Origin: a virus
Lineage: Duplodnaviria; Caudoviricetes
Length of the DNA: 47,949 nucleotides
Reading direction: 5' to 3' (one strand)
Virus record (IMG/VR): IMGVR_UViG_3300032295_002579
Span: 1-47,949 of that record
Every line of letters begins with the position of its first letter. The stretch's first letter is position 1. A program made the translations under genes and the position numbers. The notes under the pieces are model-generated. The model was not told where the DNA came from, made no database searches, and worked only from the letters and a program-made list of their open reading frames with translations. This document shows positions 37,805 to 46,938 of this stretch, piece by piece.

Positions 37805-38200
37805 ATGAATATATTAGTAACTAAACAAAATAACATGGAACAATTTGCAAAATTGATATCGTTCTTATTTCATTCTAGAACTCAAGCACATATTTTTCAT
37901 TTACAAACAACTTCATTTGCTGAACATAAAGCATTAAATGATTATTATGACAATATCATTGATTTAGTAGATGGACTAGTAGAATCTTACCAGGGTAAAT
38001 ATGGTATTTTAAAAGGATACTCAAGCTATCCTAATTTAGAATACACTGACAAAAATAGAGTAATTATGTATTTTGAAGCTTTAGTAGAAAAAGTTTGTGC
38101 TTTAAGAGATTCTGTAACAGATTCGTATCTCCAAAACCAAATAGATACTGTTATGGAATTGTTAGAGTCTACTTTGTATAAACTAAAATGCTTAAGTTAA
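37805..38200 (+). CDS. Ferritin/Dps-like four-helix protein
   Basis: AHIFHLQT-SFAEHKALNDYYD...DGLVESYQG; start uncertain (ATG 37805 or 37835). Confidence 0.65.
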   Translation: MNILVTKQNNMEQFAKLISFLFHSRTQAHIFHLQTTSFAEHKALNDYYDNIIDLVDGLVESYQGKYGILKGYSSYPNLEYTDKNRVIMYFEALVEKVCALRDSVTDSYLQNQIDTVMELLESTLYKLKCLS

Positions 38201-38547
38201 TAGACATATTAAATACTATACTAGTAGAAAATGATCCTAAAGTAGGAACAGGTAAAAAACCTAAAGGATCAGGTCGTAGATTATACACAGATGAAAACCC
38301 TAAAGACACAGTTAAAGTTAAATTTAAAACAGTTCAAGACATAAAAAATACTTTATCTAAAGCCTCTTTTAAATCTAAATCACATGCCCGCCAGTCTCAA
38401 ATTATTAATTTAATTCACCAACGAGTAAGAGCAGCTTATAATAAAGCAAAAAATCCAGATGTAAAAGCAAGATTAAAACATGGTTTAGCTTACATTACTA
38501 AAAGAAAAGAAGCATCTAAAGAAAAAACTAAACGTTTAAATAAATGA
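38188..38547 (+). CDS. Basic hypothetical protein with MLKLIDIL...LVE leader
   Basis: 119 aa, K/R-rich. Confidence 0.75.
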   Translation: MLKLIDILNTILVENDPKVGTGKKPKGSGRRLYTDENPKDTVKVKFKTVQDIKNTLSKASFKSKSHARQSQIINLIHQRVRAAYNKAKNPDVKARLKHGLAYITKRKEASKEKTKRLNK

Positions 38548-38579
38548 TTAAATTAAAAGACATATTATTAGAAGCTAAA
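38526..38579 (+). repeat. 54-bp direct repeat, copy 1 (copy 2 at 39445-39498)
   Basis: AACTAAACGTTTAAATAAATGATwAAATTAAAAGACATATTAnnnGAAGCTAAA, 50/54 identical. Confidence 0.9.
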
Positions 38580-39434
38580 CAAGTAGGCAATTTATACCAC
38601 TTTACCTCAATATTAAACATATTTAATATTTTAAAAACCCAACATCTTCTTCCAAATACTGAAAATCAAATATCTACATCCCGTTCTTCTTCTCTAAATG
38701 TTTCCTCTTTTCAAGATGATAAATCAGATACACCTCAATGTCGTTTAATGCTTGATGGTGATAAAATAAGTAATAAATATAAAATTCAACCTTTTAAACA
38801 CTTTCCCGATGAAGAATCTTTTGAAGAACAAATAATTGTAAATGGTAAACCTTTTTATTTTTTACCTTATTTAAAAAGAATAGACATCTTTACAGGGAAT
38901 TCTATAAAAAATAAAGGAATAAAATTAATCCCTAAACTTGTAAAAGAATTAGAAATATTAAATATACCTTATAAAATATATACTACATCTACTACTAATC
39001 AAAATTCATATCTTCAACCAAAAACAGGTAATCCATCAAACATTAATTTTCCTAAAAAAGTTGAAATACTTACTTTAGAAGATCTCTATTACCCGGGAAT
39101 GAAATTAAAAAATATAACAACATATCGTAAATCAATTTCTGATTCAGGATATATTCCTTATTTAGAAAAAGTAGCAGAATCTCCAAAATATCCTGGATAT
39201 TATATAAAAACAGGATTTATGAGATATGCTGATGAACTAGATAAATATTATATCCATTATAATAAAAATGGACAAAAAATAAAAGGTATTAAAATGGTAC
39301 CTATACCTTTTTTAAATGATAAATCTTGGTTATCTAAATTTAAATATTTAGATAATGTTTACACAAAAAAATTTACTCCTGGCACTCATCCTGATGCTTA
39401 TCTCCTTATACCTAAAAATGAAGTAAATATTTAA
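38544..39434 (+). CDS. Protein with MIKLKDILLE leader, possible ADP-ribosyltransferase-like fold
   Basis: LYHFTS...ISTSRS...ESFEEQI arrangement. Confidence 0.5.
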   Translation: MIKLKDILLEAKQVGNLYHFTSILNIFNILKTQHLLPNTENQISTSRSSSLNVSSFQDDKSDTPQCRLMLDGDKISNKYKIQPFKHFPDEESFEEQIIVNGKPFYFLPYLKRIDIFTGNSIKNKGIKLIPKLVKELEILNIPYKIYTTSTTNQNSYLQPKTGNPSNINFPKKVEILTLEDLYYPGMKLKNITTYRKSISDSGYIPYLEKVAESPKYPGYYIKTGFMRYADELDKYYIHYNKNGQKIKGIKMVPIPFLNDKSWLSKFKYLDNVYTKKFTPGTHPDAYLLIPKNEVNI

Positions 39435-39444
39435 TTATAAAAAT

Positions 39445-39498
39445 AACTAAACGTTTAAATAAATGATAAAATTAAAAGACATATTAAGTGAAGCTAAA
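39445..39498 (+). repeat. 54-bp direct repeat, copy 2
   Basis: See 38526-38579. Confidence 0.9.
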
Positions 39499-39783
39499 AC
39501 AAAGTTTGAAGACTTTAGTGAAGCTCGCATGAATGGAGCTAAAAAAATAGCAGATAATGCACACGAAAAAGGAGGATTTGCTTTATTAACGTGGCATCAT
39601 TTTAAAGTTAAATTACCATATTATAAAAAAGCTACTGAAGGTAAATTAGACTTTGAAGAAGCTAAAAAAGAATTTGATGAAACTTATAAAAAAATTTCTT
39701 TAAATATGGATCAAATTGAATTTCAAAGAGAAGTAGGTCGTTTAGAAGTTTTAGGTGAGTTAATTATAAAAAATAAAAAATAA
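39463..39783 (+). CDS. Hypothetical protein with MIKLKDILSE leader
   Basis: 106-aa ORF. Confidence 0.75.
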   Translation: MIKLKDILSEAKTKFEDFSEARMNGAKKIADNAHEKGGFALLTWHHFKVKLPYYKKATEGKLDFEEAKKEFDETYKKISLNMDQIEFQREVGRLEVLGELIIKNKK

Positions 39784-39785
39784 AT

Positions 39786-40223
39786 ATGGATAACTTTAAT
39801 TTAAGAAAATATTTAGCTGAAGGTAAATTATATGAAGCTGCTATGGCTTGTCCATTACCTACCCAAAATTTAGAACTCAATACTAAAAACAGAGACTCAG
39901 CTATTAAAGCTGATTACATTAAATATGGTCCTTTAAATGTTGATGAACCAGGAAATTATTGGGAAGAATTAGCAGAACACTGGAACACAACAGTAGAAGC
40001 TGCTCAACAATCTTTATGTGCTAATTGTGCTGCATTTGACATTTCTCCAAGAATGGAAGATTGTATGCCTGGCCCAATATCAGATAATGATGGTAGACTA
40101 GGATACTGTTGGATGCACAGTTTTAAATGTCATTCAGCTCGTACTTGTAGAACGTGGGCTAAAGGTGGTCCTATAGTTAAAGATAGTATATCTTATGAGT
40201 GGCAAGAGCGCAAAGAAAGATGA
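39786..40223 (+). CDS. Cys-rich hypothetical protein with MDNFNLRKYLAE leader
   Basis: CANC...GYCWMHSFKCHSARTCRTW. Confidence 0.75.
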   Translation: MDNFNLRKYLAEGKLYEAAMACPLPTQNLELNTKNRDSAIKADYIKYGPLNVDEPGNYWEELAEHWNTTVEAAQQSLCANCAAFDISPRMEDCMPGPISDNDGRLGYCWMHSFKCHSARTCRTWAKGGPIVKDSISYEWQERKER

Positions 40224-40480
40224 AACCCTATACAGACTTAGAAGTTACAGACACCTATATTATTCGTGAATTTAACGAAAATATAGATCCTATAGAATTA
40301 AAATGGCATCGTGATTCTACGAACCGTACTGTTGAAATTATAGGTGAAACAGATTGGAAAGTACAATTAGACAATCAGTTACCTACGTCTATGAATCAAC
40401 CTATTTACATTCCTAGACACAAATGGCATCGTGTTATTAAAGGAACAGGAACACTTAAACTAAAAATAAATAAAAACTAG
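40220..40480 (+). CDS. Small cupin-like protein
   Basis: WHRD...IPRHKWHRVIKG; start moved to ATG 40220 (ATGA overlap). Confidence 0.6.
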   Translation: MKPYTDLEVTDTYIIREFNENIDPIELKWHRDSTNRTVEIIGETDWKVQLDNQLPTSMNQPIYIPRHKWHRVIKGTGTLKLKINKN

Positions 40481-40514
40481 TATTTTATAAAAATAATCAT
40501 ATTTATTACCAGCT

Positions 40515-40784
40515 ATGATTATTACTACTTTTGAACAATTTAGATATCTTCCTCAAAATAGAGGAAAAGATATGAAAACCATATACAACGAATGGTTACT
40601 TGAAGAAAGTAAATTGGTTTATTTAATGGAGGCTATTCAAATGATAACTCCTATGACTAATGGATTAGTAGGACCTGCCGGAGGTACAGAACCTGGTCCT
40701 GAATCAACTCCTCAACAAGAAATTGTTACGCAAACTGGAGTAGCATTAATAACACAAAACGGAATTTATTTAACAACACAATAG
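40515..40784 (+). CDS. Hypothetical protein
   Basis: 89 aa; class L motif 40498-40506; C-terminal (I/L)xTQxG repeats. Confidence 0.7.
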   Translation: MIITTFEQFRYLPQNRGKDMKTIYNEWLLEESKLVYLMEAIQMITPMTNGLVGPAGGTEPGPESTPQQEIVTQTGVALITQNGIYLTTQ

Positions 40785-40785
40785 A

Positions 40786-41643
40786 ATGTCAACAATAAAA
40801 ATTTCAGACTTACCAATAGCTGGCGCCTTAACAGGCACAGAGGTATTACCAATCGTTCAAAGTAACACAACTAGTCAAACAACTGTTCAAGATATTGTTA
40901 GTTTAGCAAGCGGAGCATCATCTTTTCCTTACACTGGTTCAGCTAGAATTACAGGAAGTTTAATAATCACTGGTAGCTTAATAGTATCTGGTTCAAATAC
41001 ATTTAGAAATGTAGGACCTTTAATTACGGGAGATCCTGGTAATTTTGCTACAAATGATTCTTTAGCTCAAGGATATCAAACATTAGCAACTGGTTCTTAT
41101 TCACATGCTGAAGGTAATCGAACTACAGCTATAGGAATAGGTTCACATGCTGAAGGAACAGGTTCAATAGCTAGAGGTCAGTATTCACATGCTGAAGGTG
41201 AATTAACATCTGCTATAGGAAATTATTCCCATACTAAAGGTCGTGGAACAATAGCATCAGGAAGTCATTCACATGCCGAAGGTTATTTTACAACAGCTTT
41301 AGGTGCTTATTCATATGCTGAAGGATATAATACAACAGCCGGTGGTGTAGTTTCTCATACTGCTGGTTGGGGAACCATAACTAATCAAGATGCTCAATTT
41401 GCTGTAGGTTATTTTAATGCCCTAATATCAGGATCAGCCCCTTCAGCATTTATGGTAGGTGTAGGAAGAGGCCCGGATGATAGATATAATGCTTTAGAAG
41501 TGTATGATGGTGATTATCAAGGAGGTATAGTAAGTAAAATAATTATACGCATGCCTTGGTTGCCTACATCTCCTGCTGGATTACCATCAGGTTCAGTTTG
41601 GAGAGATACATCAACTACTCCTAATACTTTAAGAATATTATAA
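40786..41643 (+). CDS. Tail fibre/adhesin-like protein with SHAEG (YadA-head-like) repeats
   Basis: Tandem 14-aa AxGxxSHAEGxxTx repeats. Confidence 0.8.
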   Translation: MSTIKISDLPIAGALTGTEVLPIVQSNTTSQTTVQDIVSLASGASSFPYTGSARITGSLIITGSLIVSGSNTFRNVGPLITGDPGNFATNDSLAQGYQTLATGSYSHAEGNRTTAIGIGSHAEGTGSIARGQYSHAEGELTSAIGNYSHTKGRGTIASGSHSHAEGYFTTALGAYSYAEGYNTTAGGVVSHTAGWGTITNQDAQFAVGYFNALISGSAPSAFMVGVGRGPDDRYNALEVYDGDYQGGIVSKIIIRMPWLPTSPAGLPSGSVWRDTSTTPNTLRIL

Positions 41644-41662
41644 TTAATAAAATATAATTAAA

Positions 41663-43450
41663 ATGTCAACCGTAACCATACCTAATCTTCCATCAGCCGG
41701 TGCCTTAACAGGTACTGAAGTACTACCAATCGTTCAAAATAACACAACTAGTAAAACCACAGTTCAAGCTATTGCTAATTTAGCAGGAACTTTCCCATAT
41801 ACGGGCTCAGCAAAAATTTCAGGATCTTTAAAAATAACAGGATCTGTAGAAAATGGAGAAAACAATATAGCTATAGGAGCTTATTCACATGCTGAAGGAT
41901 ATCGAGCAACAGCATTAGGAAGTTATTCTCATGCCGAAGGTATTTCATCAACGGCAGGAGGATTAGTTGCTATAGGAACTTATTCCCATACTGAGGGTAA
42001 TAACACAAAAACAGGAGTATTAGGAACGTACTATGCTGAATCTGTTGTAAATGGATTAATAACTTTAACTGGTTCTTATGGTGATATTAGTGCAAATTTT
42101 AATGCTGATAATAATTTAGTTTTAGATGATAGAAATTATGATGGAGTATACTCAGTATCTTTATTTAAAATAAGTCAATCATATTTTAATTCTACAAATA
42201 CTATTGTTGAATTATATGAAACTTCTGTAAATACAACAACAGCTTTGGTTAATGATTTAAATAATTTAGGATTTGGTAATGGAGGTTATACTATGGCTGG
42301 AGATTTTTCTCATGCTGAAGGGTCAAGAGTTTTTGCTGTAGGAAATTTTTCACACGCTGAAGGATTTGGTTCAATAGCTTTAGGACTTAGATCTCATGCT
42401 GAAGGTGGTGGTCAAACAATGACTATAGGAGATGGTTCTCATGCTGAAGGAGGAGGAACAACAGCAGCTGGACCCGGTTCTCATGCTGAAGGAGTTCAAA
42501 CATTAACTTTAGGAGACAATTCTCATGCTGAAGGATATGCTACAACAGCTATTGCTTGGTTTAGTCATACTGAAGGATATGCTACAACAGTAGGGTCAGG
42601 ATATGGAGGTCATGCAGAAGGTTGGCAAACATTTGTTGGAGCAGGAGGAGGATATGCTCATGCTGAAGGCTATCAAACAACTACTTTAGGGGCATATAGC
42701 CATGCTGAAGGATTAGGAACAGTAACTAATCAACAATACATGCACGCAACTGGTAGATATAATGCTACTGGTTCTACATCAGATTATGCTTATTTTGTTG
42801 TAGGAAAAGGAACATCTGACGGAGCCAGATCAAACGCTTTTAGAGTAAGTGGATCGGGCCAATGTTTAGCTGGAGGTACATTTACTAATGGTGGCGCTGA
42901 CTATGCTGAATATTTTGAATCATTTGGTGGGAATGCTATTCCTTTAGGAACAGTGGTTGAATTAACAGGAAGTTTTATTAAACCATGTACTGTAGCTGAA
43001 AATGCTATTGGTGTTATTTCAAATAAACCTTCTGTATTAGGCAACAGTGATGAAGGAACTGCTGATGAATGGACTGGAAAATACAAGAAAGATATTTGGG
43101 GTAATTATGAAATGGTAGAAGAAGAATATCAAGAAGTAGTAGGATTTGAACCTATAGAAAAAGAAATCCAAGTATTTATAAAACTTGATGAAAATAACAA
43201 TCCTATCTATAAGACAGAAATACAAAAAGCAGGTGCTACTCCTATTTACGAAACTAAAACTAAAATGGTTAGAGCTTTAAACCCAGACTATGATCCAACT
43301 ATTGCTTACATTCCAAGAGCAGAACGTCCTGAATGGAATGTTGTAGGTTTAGTAGGACAAATTAAAGTATTAAAAAATCAACCTGTTTCTAGCAAATGGA
43401 TTAAAATGAAATCTATAAGCAGTGAAGTAGACTTGTATTTTGTAAAATAA
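41663..43450 (+). CDS. Tail fibre/spike with SHAEG repeats and C-terminal intramolecular chaperone (Peptidase_G2-like)
   Basis: SHAEG repeats; GADYAEYFE...LNPDYDP...YIPRAERPEWNVVGLVGQ. Confidence 0.85.
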   Translation: MSTVTIPNLPSAGALTGTEVLPIVQNNTTSKTTVQAIANLAGTFPYTGSAKISGSLKITGSVENGENNIAIGAYSHAEGYRATALGSYSHAEGISSTAGGLVAIGTYSHTEGNNTKTGVLGTYYAESVVNGLITLTGSYGDISANFNADNNLVLDDRNYDGVYSVSLFKISQSYFNSTNTIVELYETSVNTTTALVNDLNNLGFGNGGYTMAGDFSHAEGSRVFAVGNFSHAEGFGSIALGLRSHAEGGGQTMTIGDGSHAEGGGTTAAGPGSHAEGVQTLTLGDNSHAEGYATTAIAWFSHTEGYATTVGSGYGGHAEGWQTFVGAGGGYAHAEGYQTTTLGAYSHAEGLGTVTNQQYMHATGRYNATGSTSDYAYFVVGKGTSDGARSNAFRVSGSGQCLAGGTFTNGGADYAEYFESFGGNAIPLGTVVELTGSFIKPCTVAENAIGVISNKPSVLGNSDEGTADEWTGKYKKDIWGNYEMVEEEYQEVVGFEPIEKEIQVFIKLDENNNPIYKTEIQKAGATPIYETKTKMVRALNPDYDPTIAYIPRAERPEWNVVGLVGQIKVLKNQPVSSKWIKMKSISSEVDLYFVK

Positions 43451-43465
43451 AATCAATAAAAAATA

Positions 43466-43502
43466 AAAAGAGAGCTCCAATATTTGGAGCTTTTCTTTTT
43501 TT
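43466..43502 (+). terminator. Intrinsic terminator after tail-fibre genes
   Basis: AGCTCCAA-tat-TTGGAGCT stem followed by T-rich run. Confidence 0.8.
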
Positions 43503-43511
43503 AAATATATT
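43483..43511 (+). promoter_or_regulatory. Class E promoter-like TTTGG-N18-TATATT
   Basis: ATG at 43519 lies 7 nt downstream. Confidence 0.5.
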
Positions 43512-43518
43512 ATAAGAA

Positions 43519-43641
43519 ATGGACAAAACAATTTACCAACTATATTTAGAAATGATTGTTAAAATCATTAAAGACACTCCTAATGATCAAGAATTAGGAG
43601 AAAAAATAAGAAAACTATATAATGATTTAATTAAACAATAA
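43519..43641 (+). CDS. 40-aa small protein (not in ORF track)
   Basis: MDKTIYQLYLEMIVKIIKDTPNDQELGEKIRKLYNDLIKQ*; fills the gap, stop 1 nt before next ATG. Confidence 0.7.
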   Translation: MDKTIYQLYLEMIVKIIKDTPNDQELGEKIRKLYNDLIKQ

Positions 43642-43642
43642 T

Positions 43643-43993
43643 ATGGAAATAAAAAAAGTAGATTACAAATTAGTAAAAGAAACTTTTGAAGAAATCAAAC
43701 CAGACTTATTAGATGAATATGCTACTTACTATGGTTGTTTAATTAAAAATGAATTAGTTGGAATAGTTTCATATGTAGAACAAGAACATGTAATTTACTT
43801 GTGTCATGCTTTTGTTAAAGAAGAATACAGAAACCAAGGAATATATAAAATGTTATGGAATTACAGAGACGCTAAAATACAAGAAACTGGAAAAATACCT
43901 TATGCACATTGTAATGTTAGCAGTTTAAAATATTTTATCAACAACGGATATAAAATAGAAAAAGCATTATTTAAAGTTATAAAAGAAAAATAA
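43643..43993 (+). CDS. GNAT acetyltransferase
   Basis: FVKEEYRNQGIY acetyl-CoA motif A; SLKYFINNGY. Confidence 0.8.
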   Translation: MEIKKVDYKLVKETFEEIKPDLLDEYATYYGCLIKNELVGIVSYVEQEHVIYLCHAFVKEEYRNQGIYKMLWNYRDAKIQETGKIPYAHCNVSSLKYFINNGYKIEKALFKVIKEK

Positions 43994-44054
43994 GTATGAC
44001 ACAGCCAATTAAGGCAAGTTTAGTATTTCTATTATTTAATATTTATTGTAAATA

Positions 44055-44453
44055 ATGGGAAGAAAAGCGGTCATTTCTTACTTTGCTCAAGAAACAGAAT
44101 TTGCTCAGGCAGCTGACATTTCTGTAAGTAGCTCGTATTCTAATCAAGCTTTAAGTGCGAGTTTAGCGGATTTTTCTGTGAGTAGTTCGTATGCAAATGA
44201 AGCTTTGAGTAGTTCGTATGCTTTAACAGCTTCTTACGTAGCTAACGCGTCTTCTTTTCCTTTTACTGGATCGGCTGTAATAACAGGAAGTTTAACAGTA
44301 ACAGGTTCAATAACAGCAACTGGAGGATTTACTGGTTCTTTATTTGGAACCGCTAGTTATGTTGCTACTGCTAGTTTTGTAACTACTTCTTCATTTTCTA
44401 CTACAGCTAGTTATGCATTAACTGCGTCATACATAGACGGAGGAACATTTTAA
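44055..44453 (+). CDS. S/T/A-rich tail-associated repeat protein
   Basis: xASYA and ITGS repeats; ends IDGGTF; class L motif 44038-44046. Confidence 0.7.
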   Translation: MGRKAVISYFAQETEFAQAADISVSSSYSNQALSASLADFSVSSSYANEALSSSYALTASYVANASSFPFTGSAVITGSLTVTGSITATGGFTGSLFGTASYVATASFVTTSSFSTTASYALTASYIDGGTF

Positions 44454-44455
44454 TT

Positions 44456-44890
44456 ATGGGAGAAATAATTCCAATAAATAAACAAATAGATGGATTCTTC
44501 TTAAATTCAATTGAAAAAATCAATTGGAATGAAGCTAATTATAATTGGAATACATTTTATGCAGACCAATATTATGCAGCATACATACTTGAAGAATTTG
44601 GAATAACTATTCCTAATCCACCTAATGCTGTACTTTGGAATCATGCTGTTTTATTAAATATTACTTTTATTGAAGGTAATGCTCCTCCTGAAACTTTTGA
44701 TCAAGGAAAAAAGAAAAAATTAAAGAAAAAAATAAAGTTAATATTTATGGTAGACGATATGGAATCGGTCTTTGAAAAAGAAAAGAACGATGAAGTTAAA
44801 GTCGAATTTAAAAATAAAGTAGAAAATATTTTAACAGAAAAGTTTGGCCAAAAAATAATATTAGAAAATGTTCAAATTATACACAGATAA
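44456..44890 (+). CDS. Hypothetical protein
   Basis: 144-aa ORF. Confidence 0.7.
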   Translation: MGEIIPINKQIDGFFLNSIEKINWNEANYNWNTFYADQYYAAYILEEFGITIPNPPNAVLWNHAVLLNITFIEGNAPPETFDQGKKKKLKKKIKLIFMVDDMESVFEKEKNDEVKVEFKNKVENILTEKFGQKIILENVQIIHR

Positions 44891-45449
44891 AATCAACACG
44901 TTTAAATGTAAAGTTGAAATAGAAGGAGCTTCTGAATCAACAGCTTTAGCTCGTTTAATTGTTGAAGGTGAAAGTCACAATTTAATGTTTGACGGAAAAA
45001 TTAAAGATAATATCTGTGAAGTAAACCTTGGTAAATTTAAAAACTTTGACAACTTTAAAAATAAAGGTTCTATGAAATTAGAAATTATAGCAGATGACAC
45101 TTATTTTGTTCCATGGAAATCTGAATATGAAGTAGAACAGTCTAAAAATGTAGTTGTTGAAATGATAGAAGAAAAAACTCCTTCAAAACCTCTTGTAGAA
45201 GTAAAAGAAGTTTCGTATACTGAAGATAAACCAAAAACTAATATTAAAGTTAATTCTGGTAATGACGGAGAAAAAATTTATAATTTGTTAGTAGAAAGAA
45301 AAGTAAAACTAAATAACTATAAAAATTTGAAAGGAATGTTGAAATACAACCCAACAGCAAAACAAATTGTAAAAGGTTATTTAAATGAAAATAAAATCTC
45401 TGGCCATAAATTAGAATCAACTTTAAAATATCTAGCAGATAAATTTTAA
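44868..45449 (+). CDS. Hypothetical protein, beta-rich N-terminal domain
   Basis: 193-aa ORF. Confidence 0.7.
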   Translation: MFKLYTDKINTFKCKVEIEGASESTALARLIVEGESHNLMFDGKIKDNICEVNLGKFKNFDNFKNKGSMKLEIIADDTYFVPWKSEYEVEQSKNVVVEMIEEKTPSKPLVEVKEVSYTEDKPKTNIKVNSGNDGEKIYNLLVERKVKLNNYKNLKGMLKYNPTAKQIVKGYLNENKISGHKLESTLKYLADKF

Positions 45450-45460
45450 GTTGAAAACTA

Positions 45461-45940
45461 ATGCCATTCACTTCAGGATCATTTAATTCAGGATCAATAG
45501 CTGATTTTACTAACACAGCCATAAGTAACACTTATCAGCGATTAGTACAAACTGATGGCACTTTATTAGCAGATGGCACAGGTAGTATTTTAAATAACTT
45601 AAATCTTCCTAATTTAAGTGTTAGTGGCAATTTATATGTAGGAGGCACTTTATATGCTGAAAATACTGTAACAGTTACTCAATCCTATTATTCAGGTTCT
45701 AATATATTTGGTGATCAATTAACAGATACTCATCAATTTACTGGTAGTATTTTATCAACAGGATCAAATGTTTTTAATGGAACAAATACTTTTATAGGAA
45801 TAACAGTAGCAACCGGATCTTTTACAGGATCTTTTACAGGAAGTTTGTTTGGAACTTCATCTTATTCTGATTATGCTATGAGTGCATCATATGCTTTAAC
45901 AGCATCATATGTTCCAATAATCGATGGAGGTACATTTTAA
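45461..45940 (+). CDS. Tail-associated repeat protein
   Basis: SGSNIFGD...DTHQFTGS, FTGSLFGT, ends IDGGTF. Confidence 0.7.
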   Translation: MPFTSGSFNSGSIADFTNTAISNTYQRLVQTDGTLLADGTGSILNNLNLPNLSVSGNLYVGGTLYAENTVTVTQSYYSGSNIFGDQLTDTHQFTGSILSTGSNVFNGTNTFIGITVATGSFTGSFTGSLFGTSSYSDYAMSASYALTASYVPIIDGGTF

Positions 45941-45952
45941 TATTTATATCAA

Positions 45953-46684
45953 ATGGCTTTAATATTCAAAAATACAGGTCAAGGCGGTAATATAACTATA
46001 AAAAATAATGGGTTAGGAGGTAGTTTAAGAGCTATTGAAAGTACTAGACCTATATCATCAGGTATTGCCTTTAGAGTATCTACAGCCTCAAGATATACAA
46101 GTGCTAGAACAGGGGATGCGGGATGGAGATGGCAAAACGGATGGTTTAATTATACTCCTCCAACAAATCCAAAAGTTATAGCAAGTTTAGATTATAATAC
46201 AAGCGGTGGTAAAGCTATTTTACAAACACCTTTAATAGTTAATGGAGTTTCAAGTACTATTAGATTTGTATCTGTAAAAGGTACGCAAGATTGGACTAGC
46301 ACAGGACAAAATGAAAACCTAATAACCATCGATAAATTATCAGGACTAGGAATATATCGCCCAGCCACTTCATCACAGAACTGGGAAAGTCAAATTGATG
46401 CTGCTTTAGCATTAAGTGTAACAGTAAATGGTATTCTTTATAGTGACTGGTATTTGGTATCGCTTGAAGAATTTTACGATTTATTTGATGGTTTTGCTGT
46501 TGGAAACAATTTTGTTGATCCTAACACAAGTGCTATCTACAAAATAAATGATGGAGGAGCTACATACGTAAGTAGTGAATATAGAAGACGAATATTTGCA
46601 GGAGGATATACATCAGATACTGCTATTGATAACAACCGTGGAATATTCATAACAAAAGACACAAGAAATTTAATTAGCGCATAA
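45953..46684 (+). CDS. Hypothetical, possible receptor-binding/lectin-like protein
   Basis: NWESQIDAALA...YSDWYLVSLEE resembles DWxLPxxxE motifs of Lcl/Mtd-like C-terminal domains; class L motif 45939-45947. Confidence 0.5.
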   Translation: MALIFKNTGQGGNITIKNNGLGGSLRAIESTRPISSGIAFRVSTASRYTSARTGDAGWRWQNGWFNYTPPTNPKVIASLDYNTSGGKAILQTPLIVNGVSSTIRFVSVKGTQDWTSTGQNENLITIDKLSGLGIYRPATSSQNWESQIDAALALSVTVNGILYSDWYLVSLEEFYDLFDGFAVGNNFVDPNTSAIYKINDGGATYVSSEYRRRIFAGGYTSDTAIDNNRGIFITKDTRNLISA

Positions 46685-46938
46685 TGAATTATCAAATACA
46701 AATACAATTTACAGGAACATACCAATTAGATTCAACAACAACCTGTGTTGATCCTTTAGTAATTGCTTACAGTGGAGCAGATGATTTTATAGACTCTGTT
46801 AATTTAACTTGTCTGTTTAATTCCTCTACATATTCTTATATTAGAGATATAGGAAGTTTTAATTACATAGATGAATGGACAAATCAAGATGTAATTGATT
46901 ATATAACTAATTACATGAATTCAATCCAAATAAATTAA
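46684..46938 (+). CDS. Small hypothetical protein
   Basis: 84 aa, TAATG-coupled. Confidence 0.65.
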   Translation: MNYQIQIQFTGTYQLDSTTTCVDPLVIAYSGADDFIDSVNLTCLFNSSTYSYIRDIGSFNYIDEWTNQDVIDYITNYMNSIQIN

